Shown: positions 20,692 to 30,706, numbered from the stretch's first letter. The stretch is DNA of 64,000 bases from an uncultured archaeon (GCA_964480125.1 CAYZNV010000003.1:3201-67200), one strand, 5' to 3'. Numbers and translations: made by a program. Notes: a model not told the origin generated them from the sequence alone.

Positions 20692-22245
20692 TTATTTCCC
20701 TCCCTCGTGTAGGTGCTTTTCCTTTATTTCAGAACCTTCCCACGTGTGAGTGGTTTCATTATAGGTGCGAATGAAATCCAAATCCACCTCGGGACCCATC
20801 ACTTCTTTCGTTGTTTTCTTGTCGTGCAAGAGCATGGCCAGTCTTTCTACGCCAAGCCCCCATGAAATAACCGGAACATCAATCCCTAATGGCTTCAATG
20901 TCTCGGGGCGAAAAATTCCAGAATTAATGAGTTCCACCCATTTTTTGAGCTTGGGATTGTAGGCATAGGCTTCCATGCTGGGCTCGGTGTAGGGGTTATA
21001 GGTGGGTTTGAATTTGATTTCTTTCAATCCCAGCTTGGAATAGAACTCTTGAATAATTCCCATCAAGTGGCGCAGATTCATCCCCTCGGCAAGAATGTAG
21101 CCATCCACTTGATGGAATTCCGCGAGGTGCGTAGCATCAATAGCTTCATTGCGAAACACTCTACCAATTGAGAATCGTTTCACAGGCAGTTTTTGGGGCT
21201 GTGCCATCGTGCGATAGGTCGTAGCACTTCCGTGCGTGCGCAAGAGCAATTGCATTCCCACCTGGGGATTCCACTCATATCCATGCCCGCGCGAGCCAGT
21301 CTTTCCTCCATGTTCATGCGTGGCCTTGACGCGCTTCACCAAGTCCGCATCCTCCAATACTGCTTTGCCGGGAAGATAAAAAGTATCTTGAATTTCGCGC
21401 GCGGGATGATCTTGGGGAATGAACATCACATCCATATTCCAGAATGCACTTTCCACTAAGGGAGAAGACATCTCATAGAAACCCATTTCCACCATAATGC
21501 GGCGGATGTCCCGCATCGTATGCGTGAGGGGGTGTAATCTTCCCGGAAAATTTTCTTCCACCGGAATATTCACATCATAGGGCTTGAATGCAGCATCTTT
21601 CCATTTCCCTGAAACAATCAGCTCAGGAGTAAGTTGGGCAATTTTTGTTTGAGAAATAGGAATGGCCGTTTTGAGAATATCCAATCCTTTTGAGGTAATG
21701 GAAAGCAATTCCTCATTTCGTGTTTTGCTTTCAATCAACCCACGGACTTTGAGCTCAACAACAGTAGGAGTGTTTGCCTCCACGCTTTCCCCGCGCGCAA
21801 TGGATTGTAGGACAAGGAATAAAGCAGAATTGGCAGCAGCTTTTTTCCCGAGCGCAGTGATTTCGAGCAGGGTTTTTTCTCCTTCTTTTTTGATTGAAAC
21901 CCAATTTGATTTCTTCGCGAGACCGAATGCCACAGAGAAAGTTTGAGGACTCGGAAAAAAAGACTGGAGCTTTGGAAGTTCCATCGCTTGCGCGTGCAAC
22001 AACTCCAATAACTTCATTTCTGGCAAGCCCTTTTCATCAATGGCTTGTTGGCCATTTTTTGTCAAGGAAAAGGATTCGCTTTTTTCTCGCTGCACGGAAA
22101 CCCAGGCATTCTGTTCCAACTCGGCCAAGGCGCGACGCACCACATCGGGGGAAATCTTCATTTTCTGTGCAATGGACTCAATGGAATGCAATTTCTTGTC
22201 TTGGAGGGACTGTACGATCCCATAGAGCACGGCATCCAGCTGCAT
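20692..22245 (-). CDS. pheS: Phenylalanine--tRNA ligase alpha subunit
   Basis: HPAREIQDTF, FRNEAIDATHLAEFHQ, PYTEPS, GLGVERLAM. Confidence 0.98.
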   Translation of the reverse strand: MQLDAVLYGIVQSLQDKKLHSIESIAQKMKISPDVVRRALAELEQNAWVSVQREKSESFSLTKNGQQAIDEKGLPEMKLLELLHAQAMELPKLQSFFPSPQTFSVAFGLAKKSNWVSIKKEGEKTLLEITALGKKAAANSALFLVLQSIARGESVEANTPTVVELKVRGLIESKTRNEELLSITSKGLDILKTAIPISQTKIAQLTPELIVSGKWKDAAFKPYDVNIPVEENFPGRLHPLTHTMRDIRRIMVEMGFYEMSSPLVESAFWNMDVMFIPQDHPAREIQDTFYLPGKAVLEDADLVKRVKATHEHGGKTGSRGHGYEWNPQVGMQLLLRTHGSATTYRTMAQPQKLPVKRFSIGRVFRNEAIDATHLAEFHQVDGYILAEGMNLRHLMGIIQEFYSKLGLKEIKFKPTYNPYTEPSMEAYAYNPKLKKWVELINSGIFRPETLKPLGIDVPVISWGLGVERLAMLLHDKKTTKEVMGPEVDLDFIRTYNETTHTWEGSEIKEKHLHEGGK

Positions 22246-22322
22246 AGCAAAGCAAAAGGAGATAAAAGACTTTAAACGACCCCCTGCAAGGCATTTTTAA
22301 GCCAAGAAAACACGAGTATGGA

Positions 22323-22721
22323 ATGCGAAAAGGAATTGTACTAATGGGATTCCTGGGGATTATTTTACTATCCGGCTGCATTGGATTGCCCCCGGAAAGC
22401 GGGTATGACATCGAGAATCAGCCCCTTCCCCAAGTCGATTCGGCGCTTTCCTGCGAGCAGGATGCGGATTGCGTGTATGCCATCAACGCATTCGACTCTC
22501 CACGCTGTTCCTCTCCCAACTGCCCGCCCGAAGAAGAAACACAGCCCCAACCCTATGCGGAAGGATATGAATGGGAAAATGGGTTCAGAGAAGGATGCAT
22601 CAATCCCGCTTCCACGCAAGGAAAAGATGCACGCGGAGAAGAATTCCAAATCAACCCACGCGCAAGTTGTTCCTGCGTCGCGATTGAGAACTCCACTCAA
22701 AAGATGTGCCAGTCGAATTAG
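22323..22721 (+). CDS. Cys-rich predicted lipoprotein
   Basis: LLSGC lipobox, CEQDADC and further Cys. Confidence 0.7.
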   Translation: MRKGIVLMGFLGIILLSGCIGLPPESGYDIENQPLPQVDSALSCEQDADCVYAINAFDSPRCSSPNCPPEEETQPQPYAEGYEWENGFREGCINPASTQGKDARGEEFQINPRASCSCVAIENSTQKMCQSN

Positions 22722-22730
22722 GAATGAAAA

Positions 22731-23480
22731 TTATTCCAATCCCAACAACAACACCATAGCCCCAATTCCAGCAAGTACGGCAAGCAATTGCAAAACGGAC
22801 TTATTCCATTTCACTTCCTTGTGCAACTCGGGAATCAAATCCGCGGCCGCGATGTAGATGAAATTTCCCGCAGCGAATGGAACGAGCCACGTCACGGAAT
22901 CCTGGAAAGCAGAACCAAAATACAACACAATCCCTGCGCCGATAATGGCAGTTACCGCAGTAAGGAGATTGAACAACAGCGCGCGAGACACGGTGAATCC
23001 CCCATGCACCAAAATACCAAAGTCGCCAATCTCCTGTGGAATCTCATGCAAGATGACGGCTACCGTGGTGGCGAGACCCACGGGAAATGAAACCAAGTAG
23101 GCCGCTGCAATAACCATGCCATCAATGAAATTATGCACGGCATCCCCGAACAAATTCACAATCGCAAAGGGGTGCGCATGGTGCATGTGTGCTTCCTCGG
23201 GAATGTGGCAGTGTCTCCAATGAATGACTTTTTCAACAATGAAAAGAGTAAGAATTCCCGCCATCACGCTCAATGAAACTTCCAAACCAAAACCCATTTC
23301 CTCCACGACCTCGGGAAGGAGATGGATGAACGCATCCCCCAATAATGCCCCAGCAGCAAATGCAACTAAGTACGTAAGGATGGACTTCAATCGCTTTTGG
23401 TTTAATGAGAGCGTGAAAACGCCGGCAAGCGAGACCAGACTTACTACGACTACTGAACCCAGTACGTTTTCCCAGACCAT
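22731..23480 (-). CDS. ZIP family metal transporter
   Basis: HLLPE, His-rich loop, HNFIDG, HEIPQEIGD. Confidence 0.95.
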   Translation of the reverse strand: MVWENVLGSVVVVSLVSLAGVFTLSLNQKRLKSILTYLVAFAAGALLGDAFIHLLPEVVEEMGFGLEVSLSVMAGILTLFIVEKVIHWRHCHIPEEAHMHHAHPFAIVNLFGDAVHNFIDGMVIAAAYLVSFPVGLATTVAVILHEIPQEIGDFGILVHGGFTVSRALLFNLLTAVTAIIGAGIVLYFGSAFQDSVTWLVPFAAGNFIYIAAADLIPELHKEVKWNKSVLQLLAVLAGIGAMVLLLGLE

Positions 23481-23611
23481 TCCTACACCACAATAAAGTC
23501 AAATAGCAAGCCTTTTTATGAGCTCCTAGGGGTCATTCTAGTATTGGCCTACTGAACCATTGCAAAATGGTTCCAAGGTAGTCCTTCGTATGATCGGGAC
23601 GAAAACCGATT

Positions 23612-23695
23612 GCGGGGTTGGCAGAGTGGTCTATAGCGGCAGCCTGCTAAGCTGTTCTGGGAAACCAGGCGAGGGTTCGAATCCCTCACCCCGCG
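23612..23695 (+). tRNA. tRNA-Ser (GCT)
   Basis: GCGGGGT/ACCCCGC acceptor, GCAGC-CT GCT AA-GCTGT anticodon arm, long variable arm, GGTTCGAATCC; CCA not encoded. Confidence 0.95.
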
Positions 23696-23741
23696 ATTTT
23701 TACTATTTGTTTTAACAAGCTCAGAAGACAAATACTAAGCT

Positions 23742-24512
23742 ATGAAATGGCCCGAATACTTGATGCTAATTCGACATGATAAGTCGGCATACAATGCACT
23801 CAAGGACCAGAAAAAAGAACACCCGCGTTATGGGGAGTTCTTGAAAGCATGGGAAACAAAACCCGGGCACCCTGAAACCATTGAACTCGCAAAAGAGATC
23901 CAACAATTATTTGCACTCAAAATCAGTGATGCCCAAACGCCATTGGCAAAAGACGAAGGGCACCAAGCTGTTGAAACGGGAAAAAAACTACGCGAAAAAT
24001 ATGCCCTCCCTGATGTTATTTTTGTCTCTCCATATTTGCGCGCCCAGCTCACCCTCCAAAAAATCACCGAAGGGTGGCCGGAGTTGAAGAGTGTAAAGAA
24101 GTACAACGAAGAACGCATCCGCGAACAAGAACATGGGCTTGCAATTATTTACAATGATTGGCGCGTATTCCAAACACTCCATCCAGAGCAACGCTTAATG
24201 CGCGAACAAGAAGGAAATTATTGGTACCGTTACCCCCAAGGAGAAAATGTTCCGGATGTGCGATTGCGCACGCATAATTGGATGGGAACACTTATCCGCG
24301 ATTTTGCAGGAAAAAAAGTACTTGCAGTAACACACCACCTCACTATCCTCTCACTTCGGGCCAATTTTGAGCGATTGGATGAAAGTGGTTTCTTGCACCT
24401 AGATGAGCATGAAAAACCCATTAATTGTGGCATAACCGTTTATCGTGGATTCCCTGAAAAAGGTAAAAATGGAAAACTCGAGCTAGAAAATTACAATCAA
24501 AAGTTCTACTGA
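23742..24512 (+). CDS. Histidine phosphatase family protein
   Basis: IRH, SPYLRA, RIREQEHG, GEN, VTH. Confidence 0.9.
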   Translation: MKWPEYLMLIRHDKSAYNALKDQKKEHPRYGEFLKAWETKPGHPETIELAKEIQQLFALKISDAQTPLAKDEGHQAVETGKKLREKYALPDVIFVSPYLRAQLTLQKITEGWPELKSVKKYNEERIREQEHGLAIIYNDWRVFQTLHPEQRLMREQEGNYWYRYPQGENVPDVRLRTHNWMGTLIRDFAGKKVLAVTHHLTILSLRANFERLDESGFLHLDEHEKPINCGITVYRGFPEKGKNGKLELENYNQKFY

Positions 24513-24522
24513 CAGCGAATGA

Positions 24523-24951
24523 TTATTTACAATACTGATCAAATGCTTTCGTAAGTTTTTCGGCAAGTAGTGCGGGATCCCTTCCTTCAATATCGGAACG
24601 CTGCAATGCAAACACACACTTTCCATCTTTCAGCAAAAAAATAGAAGGAGAAGAAGGAGGAAATTCTGCAACTACTGCACGCGCGCGCTGTGTGGCCTCG
24701 CGATCCACTCCTGCAAAAACAGTCACGGAGTGGGTGGGTTTCACGTGATGAGACATCGCCATTTTCACTGCAGGACGCGCACACCCTGCACCACAACCAC
24801 AAACAGAATTAACCACTAATAGCGTTGTGCCTTTCTGCGCAAAGGTGTGTTCCACTTCTTCAACCGTATGCAGGGCTTTGACCCCTACTTGTGTGAGTTC
24901 AGCCTCCATCGGAATAGTCATTGCGGGAGGGTACATGGGTGGGAGTTGCAT
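24523..24951 (-). CDS. Bacilliredoxin BrxA/BrxB (YphP/YqiW) family protein
   Basis: NSVCGC..G.ARP, TVFAGVDREAT, PPSSPS. Confidence 0.9.
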   Translation of the reverse strand: MQLPPMYPPAMTIPMEAELTQVGVKALHTVEEVEHTFAQKGTTLLVVNSVCGCGAGCARPAVKMAMSHHVKPTHSVTVFAGVDREATQRARAVVAEFPPSSPSIFLLKDGKCVFALQRSDIEGRDPALLAEKLTKAFDQYCK

Positions 24952-25024
24952 ACAAGAAAATGGGATTAAACCATTTATTAGGGAGTCACTTTACTCTTAT
25001 AAATTGCAACAATTGCATTAATGT

Positions 25025-26176
25025 ATGAGCACACACCCAAAGAAAGAATACCTATTCCGAGAATCAGAACCTACACCACTTGAAATCGTTGATGCAAAAG
25101 GGACATATTTGATTGCAAAAAATGGAAAAAAATACTTGGACTTTATGGCAGGGTGGTGTGTCGGAAACGCAGGGTGGAAAAAGAAAGAAATCAGGGATGC
25201 AATTAGAGGATTTGATGGACCAGAGTACGTTAACCCCGGCCACCTCTACGAACGATGGGAGGTATTGGCTGAAAAACTAGTTCACTTATTGCCCTCAAAA
25301 GAAGGAGCGTGCTTTCGTGCAACAGGGGGAACGGAGGCCGTGGAACTTGCGCTCAAGATTTCACGAGCATACAATAATCGTAAAAAGTTCATTGCATTCA
25401 ATGGAGCCTATCATGGGCAATCACTTGCATGCTTAGCATTAGTGCGATACCCCATCCACGAAAAACACTTTGGAAAGTTTCCAGCAGAATATTTGCAAGT
25501 TGATGCGAAAAACTGGGAAAAAACAACACACGAAACAGTTAAACTCATCAAAAGCAAGGAGATATCTGCATTTATTTCAGAACCCATCATATGCAATTTA
25601 GGAGTAATTATTCCACCTCAAGAATTTTTTGATAGCGTACAAGAAGCCTGTAAGGAAACAGAAACGCTGTTCATCAGCGATGAAGTCGCAACAGGATTTG
25701 GAAGAACAGGAAAGTGGTTTGGATTTGAACACTACAACACGGACCCGGATATTGTGACGATGGCAAAAGGATTCAGCTCAGGCTATGCAGCAATTGGATC
25801 TACTATTGCAAAACCAGAAGTTGCAGAATCGATGCGATTTGAGTTTAGTAATTATTCTACGTTTGGATGGCACCCCTTCTCAGTAGAAGCAGCCATTTCG
25901 AATATTGACTACATCAAAAAGCATGATTTAATTGAGGAGTCCAATAAGAGTGGGGGATATTTGTCCAAACAACTCTCAGAATTCTGTAAACCTGAAGGTA
26001 GAGGGTTATGCATTGGATTTGAAGAAAAGAAAGCCGGAACAGGCCAACGTTGCTTTGAGGATGGACTAATCATTACCATGCTCGAAGGAAGAATTGCATT
26101 ATTTCCCCCATTGGATGTTTCAAAAAAAGAAATAGACGCGGCAGTGAAGATTATTGAAAAAAATTACAGTAAATAA
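25025..26176 (+). CDS. Class III PLP aminotransferase
   Basis: GTEAVE, YHG, DEVATGFGRTG, PDIVTMAKG. Confidence 0.93.
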   Translation: MSTHPKKEYLFRESEPTPLEIVDAKGTYLIAKNGKKYLDFMAGWCVGNAGWKKKEIRDAIRGFDGPEYVNPGHLYERWEVLAEKLVHLLPSKEGACFRATGGTEAVELALKISRAYNNRKKFIAFNGAYHGQSLACLALVRYPIHEKHFGKFPAEYLQVDAKNWEKTTHETVKLIKSKEISAFISEPIICNLGVIIPPQEFFDSVQEACKETETLFISDEVATGFGRTGKWFGFEHYNTDPDIVTMAKGFSSGYAAIGSTIAKPEVAESMRFEFSNYSTFGWHPFSVEAAISNIDYIKKHDLIEESNKSGGYLSKQLSEFCKPEGRGLCIGFEEKKAGTGQRCFEDGLIITMLEGRIALFPPLDVSKKEIDAAVKIIEKNYSK

Positions 26177-26178
26177 TA

Positions 26179-26343
26179 TCACTCCAAGTTTTTGGGATCG
26201 ATTCCCAGGCGTTTCAATACGTGCAATTTTTGGGCATCGCTCATACTCATCCAATTGCATACTTCTTCTAAGGTGCGTCCGCAGCTCAAACAAATTTCCC
26301 CATTGGTCTCACATACTTTATTGCAGGGAGAAGGAACGGACAT
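26179..26343 (-). CDS. DUF1289-like small Cys protein
   Basis: SPCNKVC...CLSCGRTLEEVCNW. Confidence 0.85.
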   Translation of the reverse strand: MSVPSPCNKVCETNGEICLSCGRTLEEVCNWMSMSDAQKLHVLKRLGIDPKNLE

Positions 26344-26372
26344 TATGATAAGTTGAAGCGAAAAGTAGTTAT

Positions 26373-26426
26373 TGGGTACTGCGAAGCAGCTACCCATTCT
26401 CGGCGCGCCCGGTCAAAACACGGGCG
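26373..26426 (-). repeat. Dispersed two-hairpin element
   Basis: Minus strand CGCCCG..TTTG..CGGGCG CGC CGAGAA TGGGTA..TACCCA directly after TAA. Confidence 0.85.
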
Positions 26427-26427
26427 A

Positions 26428-26988
26428 TTAGAATCTCCAATTCCAATCGTGCTGGTGCTTGAAGAACAAATACGCGAGATGAATCCATGAAAGCAAGAAT
26501 GGAAATAACAAGAACGAAATACTCGGGCCCACTAACGTGGAAGTGGAAGTCTGGATGTTCTCAGTAACGAAGAAAGTAATAACCGTATTCGCGTACACAG
26601 GAGAAGGAACTGCATCCACGGCTTGTAAGATTTGCACTAATGGAAAAATGGGAGAGAAAGTGAGCAGCACGCTCAACAGACTTGTGAAAAAGATGGCAAT
26701 TGTGAGAGGGTTCTTGTGAATGTACACATTGCCCAATCCAGGCAATAATAAGTTAGAAAAAATAGAAACGAAAATGGATTTCTGCCCTTCACTTTTTTGG
26801 ATTTTCCTGGAATTGGATTGGATCGCTTTCCAGTCTTTCTTTACATTGATTGCTTTTTCCTTCTGCGTGATTGGCCAAATCTTACTTCTCTTGAAGTGCC
26901 CCAACTCATTCACATCAAAATCCTCAGGATCAAATGTCTGTGCTTGCGCGAGTTTGCGCTTTGAATTTTTTTTAGTGGAACGAGCCAT
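26428..26988 (-). CDS. Hypothetical membrane protein
   Basis: Basic N-terminus, LLPGLGNVY motif, TM segments. Confidence 0.7.
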   Translation of the reverse strand: MARSTKKNSKRKLAQAQTFDPEDFDVNELGHFKRSKIWPITQKEKAINVKKDWKAIQSNSRKIQKSEGQKSIFVSIFSNLLLPGLGNVYIHKNPLTIAIFFTSLLSVLLTFSPIFPLVQILQAVDAVPSPVYANTVITFFVTENIQTSTSTLVGPSISFLLFPFLLSWIHLAYLFFKHQHDWNWRF

Positions 26989-27149
26989 TCTCCAAAGCAG
27001 AAAATCCGACTATATAAAAGGAATATTCTCAGGAGTAAGCGGTTTAGAATGAAACGAACAAAATCAGCGCAATAAATCCATTTCGGGCCGGAAAACAACT
27101 TGCGTCCGGAAAACTCAATTGGTTACTGCTTACAATTGGACACTAGAAA

Positions 27150-27317
27150 CTAGTATCCGGTTGTTTGCTTCTGCTGCATGTAGCAATCTCGGCAGAACAC
27201 AGGTCTTCCGGCTTTGGGCTGGAAAGGAACTTGTGTGGCTTTACCGCACTTACTGCATGTTGCATCGTACATCTGGCGTGGACCTTGTTGAAAGTCTCCG
27301 CGAGGTTGGAATGCCAT
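27150..27317 (-). CDS. CxxC-x17-CxxC zinc-finger protein (55 aa; below the ORF-track cutoff)
   Basis: Hand translation MAFQPRGDFQQGPRQMYDATCSKCGKATQVPFQPKAGRPVFCRDCY...; AGGAG SD. Confidence 0.9.
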   Translation of the reverse strand: MAFQPRGDFQQGPRQMYDATCSKCGKATQVPFQPKAGRPVFCRDCYMQQKQTTGY

Positions 27318-27461
27318 GTTTTTCGACTCCTTTTTTACTCGATCTCAAGCCTTTTGAGGGGCCTAAGTAGACCATTTTGGGTTCCAAGGAGTTATAAAGC
27401 CATGGATGGGAAAGCGCCAAAATAAGCCCTTTTATGCAAGAAATTGGGTTTATGACCCCCA

Positions 27462-28049
27462 TTAGGGGGTTTGGTAAAAAGCATCCATCCAACTAAATGG
27501 AACTATTTTCCCCATAATGTCTCCTTTTGAAAAAAAACCTAAGGAACCACTATCTTTGCTGTCATTGCGATTGTCGCCAAATGCCACTACTTTCCCCGAG
27601 GGCACTATCCCATCCGCTGCGCGGAGTTGTTCCATCAGCGCAGAATAATGCGATGGGCCAACGGGCTCCAACAGATAAGGCTCAAGCAGCTGCACGCTGT
27701 TGCGATACAGTGCATTCCCGCGCAACTCGAGCCTATCTCCTTCCACTGCCACAATGCGCTTAACCAATGGAATGACGGAGGAGATCTGGACAATATCCCC
27801 ATGGGCGAGGGATTGAGTAGAATAATAATCCGAAACAAACAGAATACGTTGATTGCTTTGAAGTGAGGGATTCATGGAATTACCCACCACTTGAATGAAT
27901 GTGCACGTGTGTATTTGGCAATACTTTTGACTCAACCCTGGAAAGAAATCCAGCCCGGCTTTGGATTCCAAAAAATACATCCCGCCCATGAGCCCAACGA
28001 GCATCATGAGAATGACGGCTCCGCTGACTAACACCCAGGAATGCGTCAT
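27462..28049 (-). CDS. lepB: Signal peptidase I, bacterial Ser/Lys type
   Basis: GNSMNPSL, LVKRIVA, GDNRNDSKDS. Confidence 0.88.
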   Translation of the reverse strand: MTHSWVLVSGAVILMMLVGLMGGMYFLESKAGLDFFPGLSQKYCQIHTCTFIQVVGNSMNPSLQSNQRILFVSDYYSTQSLAHGDIVQISSVIPLVKRIVAVEGDRLELRGNALYRNSVQLLEPYLLEPVGPSHYSALMEQLRAADGIVPSGKVVAFGDNRNDSKDSGSLGFFSKGDIMGKIVPFSWMDAFYQTP

Positions 28050-28139
28050 ATTCACACCACTTACCCTTGGGATAAAAGCCTGCCCAAAAGCACCCTTTAA
28101 ATGGATTCCTTCAACCTCTTCTAGTAAGCCAATATCCCT

Positions 28140-28223
28140 GCACGGGTAGCGAAGCGGTCAAACGCGCCAGACTCAAGATCTGGTGACTTAGTGTCTTCGG
28201 CGGTTCGAATCCGCCCTCGTGCA
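28140..28223 (+). tRNA. tRNA-Leu (CAA)
   Basis: GCACGGG/CTCGTGC acceptor, CCAGA-CT CAA GA-TCTGG, variable arm, GGTTCGAATCC. Confidence 0.95.
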
Positions 28224-28279
28224 TGCACGCTTCCGATCGTGCGCACCGGAATCCAGGCACCATTTCTGAATGGTGCCTG
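28224..28279 (+). repeat. Divergent two-hairpin element directly after tRNA-Leu
   Basis: GCACG..CGTGC GCAC CGGAATC CAGGCACCATT-TCTG-AATGGTGCCTG TCC. Confidence 0.65.
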
Positions 28280-28317
28280 TCCGTTCATCATTTTTCTCCA
28301 TCGAACGCATCGCATGA

Positions 28318-28701
28318 TCATGCGCGAGATTCTCTGTGATGCAATAATTTACTCATTTCCTCGCGCAACGCAAGCGGAATGGAAGTGATGCCTCCACTCA
28401 TGTTCAGCGCATGCGTAAAACCATGCGAGCGAAGAAATTGAGTCACACCCATGCTGCGATTCCCATGTGCACAGAGGATAAGGAGAGGAGCGTCTTTGGG
28501 AAAACGATCAAAGTCCGAGGGTTTGGCACTGGACAATGGAATCAAAATAGAATTTGCAATGTGCTCCTGATCCCACTCCCATTGCTCACGGACATCCACG
28601 ATTATCGCATGTGAATCCGAACGCAATAATGCAAGCACTTGCTCGGGAGAAACATGCAGGGACTGAAAATCATCAGCAGAAGCCAAAGCAGGGGAAGCCA
28701 T
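28318..28701 (-). CDS. Rhodanese-like protein
   Basis: VDVREQWEW, HIANS, CAHGNRS. Confidence 0.9.
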   Translation of the reverse strand: MASPALASADDFQSLHVSPEQVLALLRSDSHAIIVDVREQWEWDQEHIANSILIPLSSAKPSDFDRFPKDAPLLILCAHGNRSMGVTQFLRSHGFTHALNMSGGITSIPLALREEMSKLLHHRESRA

Positions 28702-28758
28702 ACTATTATTTCCTCATTCCGAGGAATTTAAAATGAGATTTTCATTTTCTCAAGGTAT

Positions 28759-29424
28759 ATGCCCGAAACCCTTCCTGGAAAAAAGCTACGCTGGAAGAAA
28801 ATAGAAAAAGAACTCGAGCAATTATACCCCTCCCCCAAAGTGGGGCTGGAATACGAGGATCCATTCGAGCTGACCATTGCCACCATTTTGAGCGCACAAT
28901 GCACGGATGCGCGCGTGAACATGGTCACAAAAAAATTATTCAAGAAATACAAAAAACCACACGACTACTTACGCGTTCCCCCAGCGGAATTGGAAAAAGA
29001 CATCCACTCCACAGGATTCTACAAAAACAAAGCAAAAAACATCCGCGGGTGCTGCGCGCGATTGATTGAAGTGTTTGGAGGAAAAGTCCCCCAAACCATG
29101 GAAGAACTCATTACACTCCCGGGAGTAGGAAGGAAGACCGCTAATATTGTGTTGTGGGGAGGATTCGGAAAGCTTGAGGGAATTGCCGTTGACACGCACG
29201 TTTTTCGCGTTTCGCGAAGACTTGGATTAGCAAAAGGAAATTCTCCCGAAAAAGTAGAACAAGAACTCATGCAGCTCGTGGAAAAACAAAAATGGGGAGA
29301 CTTTACGAACGTGCTCATCTGGCATGGAAGAAAAGTATGCGATGCGCGCAAACCAAACTGCAGTGGATGCGTGTTATTGAAAAAGAAAATATGTCCTCAA
29401 ATAGGAGTGAAAACCCATGCATGA
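28759..29424 (+). CDS. nth: Endonuclease III
   Basis: LSAQCTD, LPGVGRKTAN, VDTH, 4Fe-4S Cys cluster. Confidence 0.97.
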   Translation: MPETLPGKKLRWKKIEKELEQLYPSPKVGLEYEDPFELTIATILSAQCTDARVNMVTKKLFKKYKKPHDYLRVPPAELEKDIHSTGFYKNKAKNIRGCCARLIEVFGGKVPQTMEELITLPGVGRKTANIVLWGGFGKLEGIAVDTHVFRVSRRLGLAKGNSPEKVEQELMQLVEKQKWGDFTNVLIWHGRKVCDARKPNCSGCVLLKKKICPQIGVKTHA

Positions 29425-30115
29425 AATACTTCGTCACAATCGCACCATTGGATTCATCCTCCTTGCAGTAGCAGTCGTCGTGGGTGCTTACATGCTGTTC
29501 AACTCTACACCCGTTGCGCCTCCCGCCTATCACGTGCATGCGGATTTTGCCGTGTATGTGAATGGAGAAAAACTAGACTTTGCGCAGCAACGATATATGA
29601 GCGAAAAAGCCCCCGGAAAAACCCTTGCAAAATATGTGCACTTGCACGGGGAAGATGGAAACGTATTACACTTCCACGCGCCCAGAGTCACGCTCGGGGA
29701 TTTTTTTGAGAGCATTGGAATGGAATTGGATGAGAATTGCTTCACGGACGATCGCAATGCCACCTATTGCAAGGACGGATTTACCGCAGGAAATGTGCCA
29801 GGGGATTATTGTTATCTGAATGACCAAAACCAACGGATTTGCACTCAAAACCAGGAAATCAAAACACTCAAATTCTATGTGAATGGGCAGTTACATGAGA
29901 AATTTGGAAACTATGTCCCAAAAGACTTGGATCGCATCCTCATCACGTATGGGAATGAAACCCCTGCGCAGCTGCATGCGCAACTCCAAAGCATCACGGA
30001 TAATGCCTGCATCCAATCCCTCAAGTGCCCCGAGAGAGGCACTCCCACTCCCGAGGACGGATGCGATGTCACGGACGCATGCGTGGCGGATTTGGATGCG
30101 CTCAGTAGTGAATAG
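29417..30115 (+). CDS. Membrane-anchored His/Cys-motif hypothetical protein
   Basis: N-terminal TM, HVHADF, VHLH, LHFH, DLDRILITYG. Confidence 0.75.
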   Translation: MHEILRHNRTIGFILLAVAVVVGAYMLFNSTPVAPPAYHVHADFAVYVNGEKLDFAQQRYMSEKAPGKTLAKYVHLHGEDGNVLHFHAPRVTLGDFFESIGMELDENCFTDDRNATYCKDGFTAGNVPGDYCYLNDQNQRICTQNQEIKTLKFYVNGQLHEKFGNYVPKDLDRILITYGNETPAQLHAQLQSITDNACIQSLKCPERGTPTPEDGCDVTDACVADLDALSSE

Positions 30116-30174
30116 TCACCATCAGTGAGCAGCATGAATCAGCCTTAAATGCCTCGCGGAGAGAGAAGAAATAT

Positions 30175-30678
30175 ATGGAGCTCCGCGCGCGCATTGGAAG
30201 CATTGAAGAAACACGTCGCTTGCTCGAAGAATTAGGCGGAAAAAAGCTAAACGAGTATGCGTTCGAGGATCGCATCTACTTCTTGCAAGGAGAAACATCC
30301 CTCGAAAAAGGATACGTGCGGATTCGCTCCCCTTCACCCGAAGAAGCCGTTCAACGGTACAAGATTGTGAAGAAAGTAGTATATGATGGAAAACAATTAG
30401 AGACATATCGCAGTTTTTCTTCCACCCTCGAACTCGCCAAAGCCAAAATCCAAGGGCATTGGAATGCCTGCATCATCGCACGCAAGGGAACACAATACCA
30501 ATTGGGAAATGGATGTATGTATGTCGAGGAAATAGAAGAATATGGCAATAGCATCGAAGCCGAATATGCCAGCGAAATGGAAGCCCGAGAGTGGTTACAC
30601 CAATTGAATGTAAACGAGATATCCATGCATTCCTTGCCGCTACTATTCATGATCCATAAGAACAAGCCAAAACCCTAA
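30175..30678 (+). CDS. CYTH domain protein (degenerate)
   Basis: MELRARI, D..Y, VRIR, IEAE. Confidence 0.65.
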   Translation: MELRARIGSIEETRRLLEELGGKKLNEYAFEDRIYFLQGETSLEKGYVRIRSPSPEEAVQRYKIVKKVVYDGKQLETYRSFSSTLELAKAKIQGHWNACIIARKGTQYQLGNGCMYVEEIEEYGNSIEAEYASEMEAREWLHQLNVNEISMHSLPLLFMIHKNKPKP

Positions 30679-30706
30679 TTAACTCCTGCAACCAGCATCC
30701 ATACAA

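Noticed and set aside
23529..23610. Hammerhead ribozyme (CTGA...GTCC..GGAC GAAA) or tRNA-Cys remnant
   Set aside because: The CUGANGA core is interrupted, stems I and III are too weak, and the GCA-containing loop is not a 7-nt anticodon loop
27119..27492. Three overlapping track ORFs
   Set aside because: Better explained by the 55 aa zinc-finger gene and its promoter
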